Positions 62,671 to 64,000 of a stretch of DNA of 64,000 bases are shown here, in pieces (the stretch's first letter is position 1; each line of letters opens with the position of its first letter). Location: contig NW_015160838.1 of the NCBI RefSeq assembly GCF_001447785.1, positions 1,635,097-1,699,096 on the forward strand, in the 5' to 3' direction. This DNA is from Gekko japonicus (lineage: Eukaryota). The position numbers and the translations under genes were made by a program. The notes beneath the pieces are model-generated. The model did no database searches, had not been told where the DNA came from, and saw only the letters and a list, made by a program, of their open reading frames with translations.

Positions 62671-63092
62671 GAGGCTCTGTGGCTCACTGGCAGAGCATCT
62701 GCTTGGCATGCAGAAGGTCCCAGGTTCAATCCCCAGAATCTCCAGTTAAAAAAAACAAAAAAGATCAGGCAGGAGGTGATGTGAAAGACCTCAGCCTGAG
62801 ACTCTGGAGAGCTACTGCCAGTCTGAGTAGACAATACTGACTTTCATGGACCAAGGCTCTGATTCAGAATAAGGCAGCTGGGAAGGGGCTGTGTCTCAGT
62901 GGAAGAACCTCTGCTTGGCAAGCAGAAGGTCCCAAGTTCAATCGCCCACACCTCCAGTTAAATGGATATGTTAGCAGGGGCCATGAAAGACCTCTGCCTG
63001 AGACCCTGGAGAGCCACTGCCAGTCTGAGTGGACAATACTAACTTTGATGGACCAAGGGTCTGATTCAGTATACGGCAGCTTCATGTGTTCA
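62671..63092 (+). mobile_element. Two tandem tRNA(Ala-like)-derived SINEs
   Basis: GGCTCAGTGG A box and GGTTCAATCC B box twice (62671, 62881); a third copy at ~30620-30800 on the minus strand. Confidence 0.8.
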
Positions 63093-64000
63093 ATTCAACA
63101 ACGTCAATCACATTAATATTTGAGGCAACCACCCTCCTTCTTGCTATTGAATGGCGACAGCCTGCCCTTTGTTGCATGTCTGTCTCCCAACATGGCCGCC
63201 AAGGGCCACACAAGACATGAGAAAAGATCTGTGATCAGATCTCTACACTTAAAAAGAAAAAGAGTTAATAATTGCTGGAGAGTTCAGATCGGGGACTACA
63301 ATGAAATGGTATTTAGCTAGCAGACTGTAGTTGAACCACTTCTGTTACTCTCTTTACTACCCTCTCTGAACTGTTTCTTACAAGACAGTGAGAAATAAGC
63401 TTTACAGAACCACAGCAGTGGGAAAGGGTGAGTCCCTGTGCAAATCGCCCACCCCCCCAAATGGTTTTTCTTTTGCCCCACAAGGAGGAAATGTACAGGC
63501 ACTTTCTTTTCAGGCAACTTTTAAAAAGCCAGGTCTGACCCAGAGGTGTGAGCCGAAGGGCAAGAGTCCAAGTGTTCTTGCCCTTTAGATTTTTAACGGG
63601 TTGACCTAGCTGGGAGCAAGGAGGAAGATCTGCTGGCAGAGAGAAAGACATGTCCTGTACATGGAAGCCGTTTCTTTCCCCCTTTTTCGGTGGTTTACAT
63701 TGTGTTTTGGTATTGAACACTGCTTTGGGTCCCCACTGGGGAGAAAAGCAGCACAGAAATGCTTAAATAGTTGAAAAATACATGGGTGCCTGTATGATTT
63801 CTGCAACAGGAAGTGAGGAGTCTGCATCACAAAAAAAGGGCAGAGGAGAAAAGGTTAAACTCACTCCTAAGGCTGTAGATCCAATCCAAATAGACTCCTC
63901 CTCTCATACTACCGCTATTACGTCTTTTTAAAAAAGATGTACACAGGAAAAACCCAGTCACAAATCTCTCACTGTCCTGCCAAGTTGTTCCCCAAGACCC

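Noticed and set aside
62671-62745. tRNA gene
   Set aside because: The tRNA-like head continues into a shared SINE body in three copies and has mismatched stems

Overview
Vertebrate (squamate, most likely gecko) genomic DNA carrying the syntenic block TECPR2(-) / CINP(+) / ZNF839(-) / MOK(+). TECPR2 runs from a non-coding exon 1 at about 29.4 kb down past the window start, with 9 coding exons visible. CINP has 5 exons and shares a bidirectional CpG-island promoter with TECPR2. ZNF839 has 8 exons, the last cut by a 124-N gap. MOK exons 1-3 lie divergent from ZNF839. Introns are dense with CR1 and L2 fragments, Squam3-like, Sauria, tRNA- and 5S-derived SINEs, hAT-type MITEs, Penelope-like fragments and three solo LTRs. 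The most notable structure is at 16381-18324. A young L1 (5'UTR plus intact ORF1, no ORF2) sits antisense at TECPR2 coding exon 5, flanked by a 168-bp direct repeat. That repeat re-creates the branch point, acceptor and exon start, apparently rescuing the gene and leaving a decoy half-exon. The L1 5'UTR also supplies an antisense ATG ORF in frame with exon 5. Other anomalies: no recognisable TECPR2 exon 8, a 2-nt frameshift in the last CINP exon, two GC-AG introns and AT-hook motifs in ZNF839, a CR1-Penelope chimeric repeat in three copies, and a modular repeat array between the ZNF839 and MOK promoters. Gene and repeat names come from my recall of human orthologues and repeat consensuses, not from database searches. 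Exon numbers follow the human genes.
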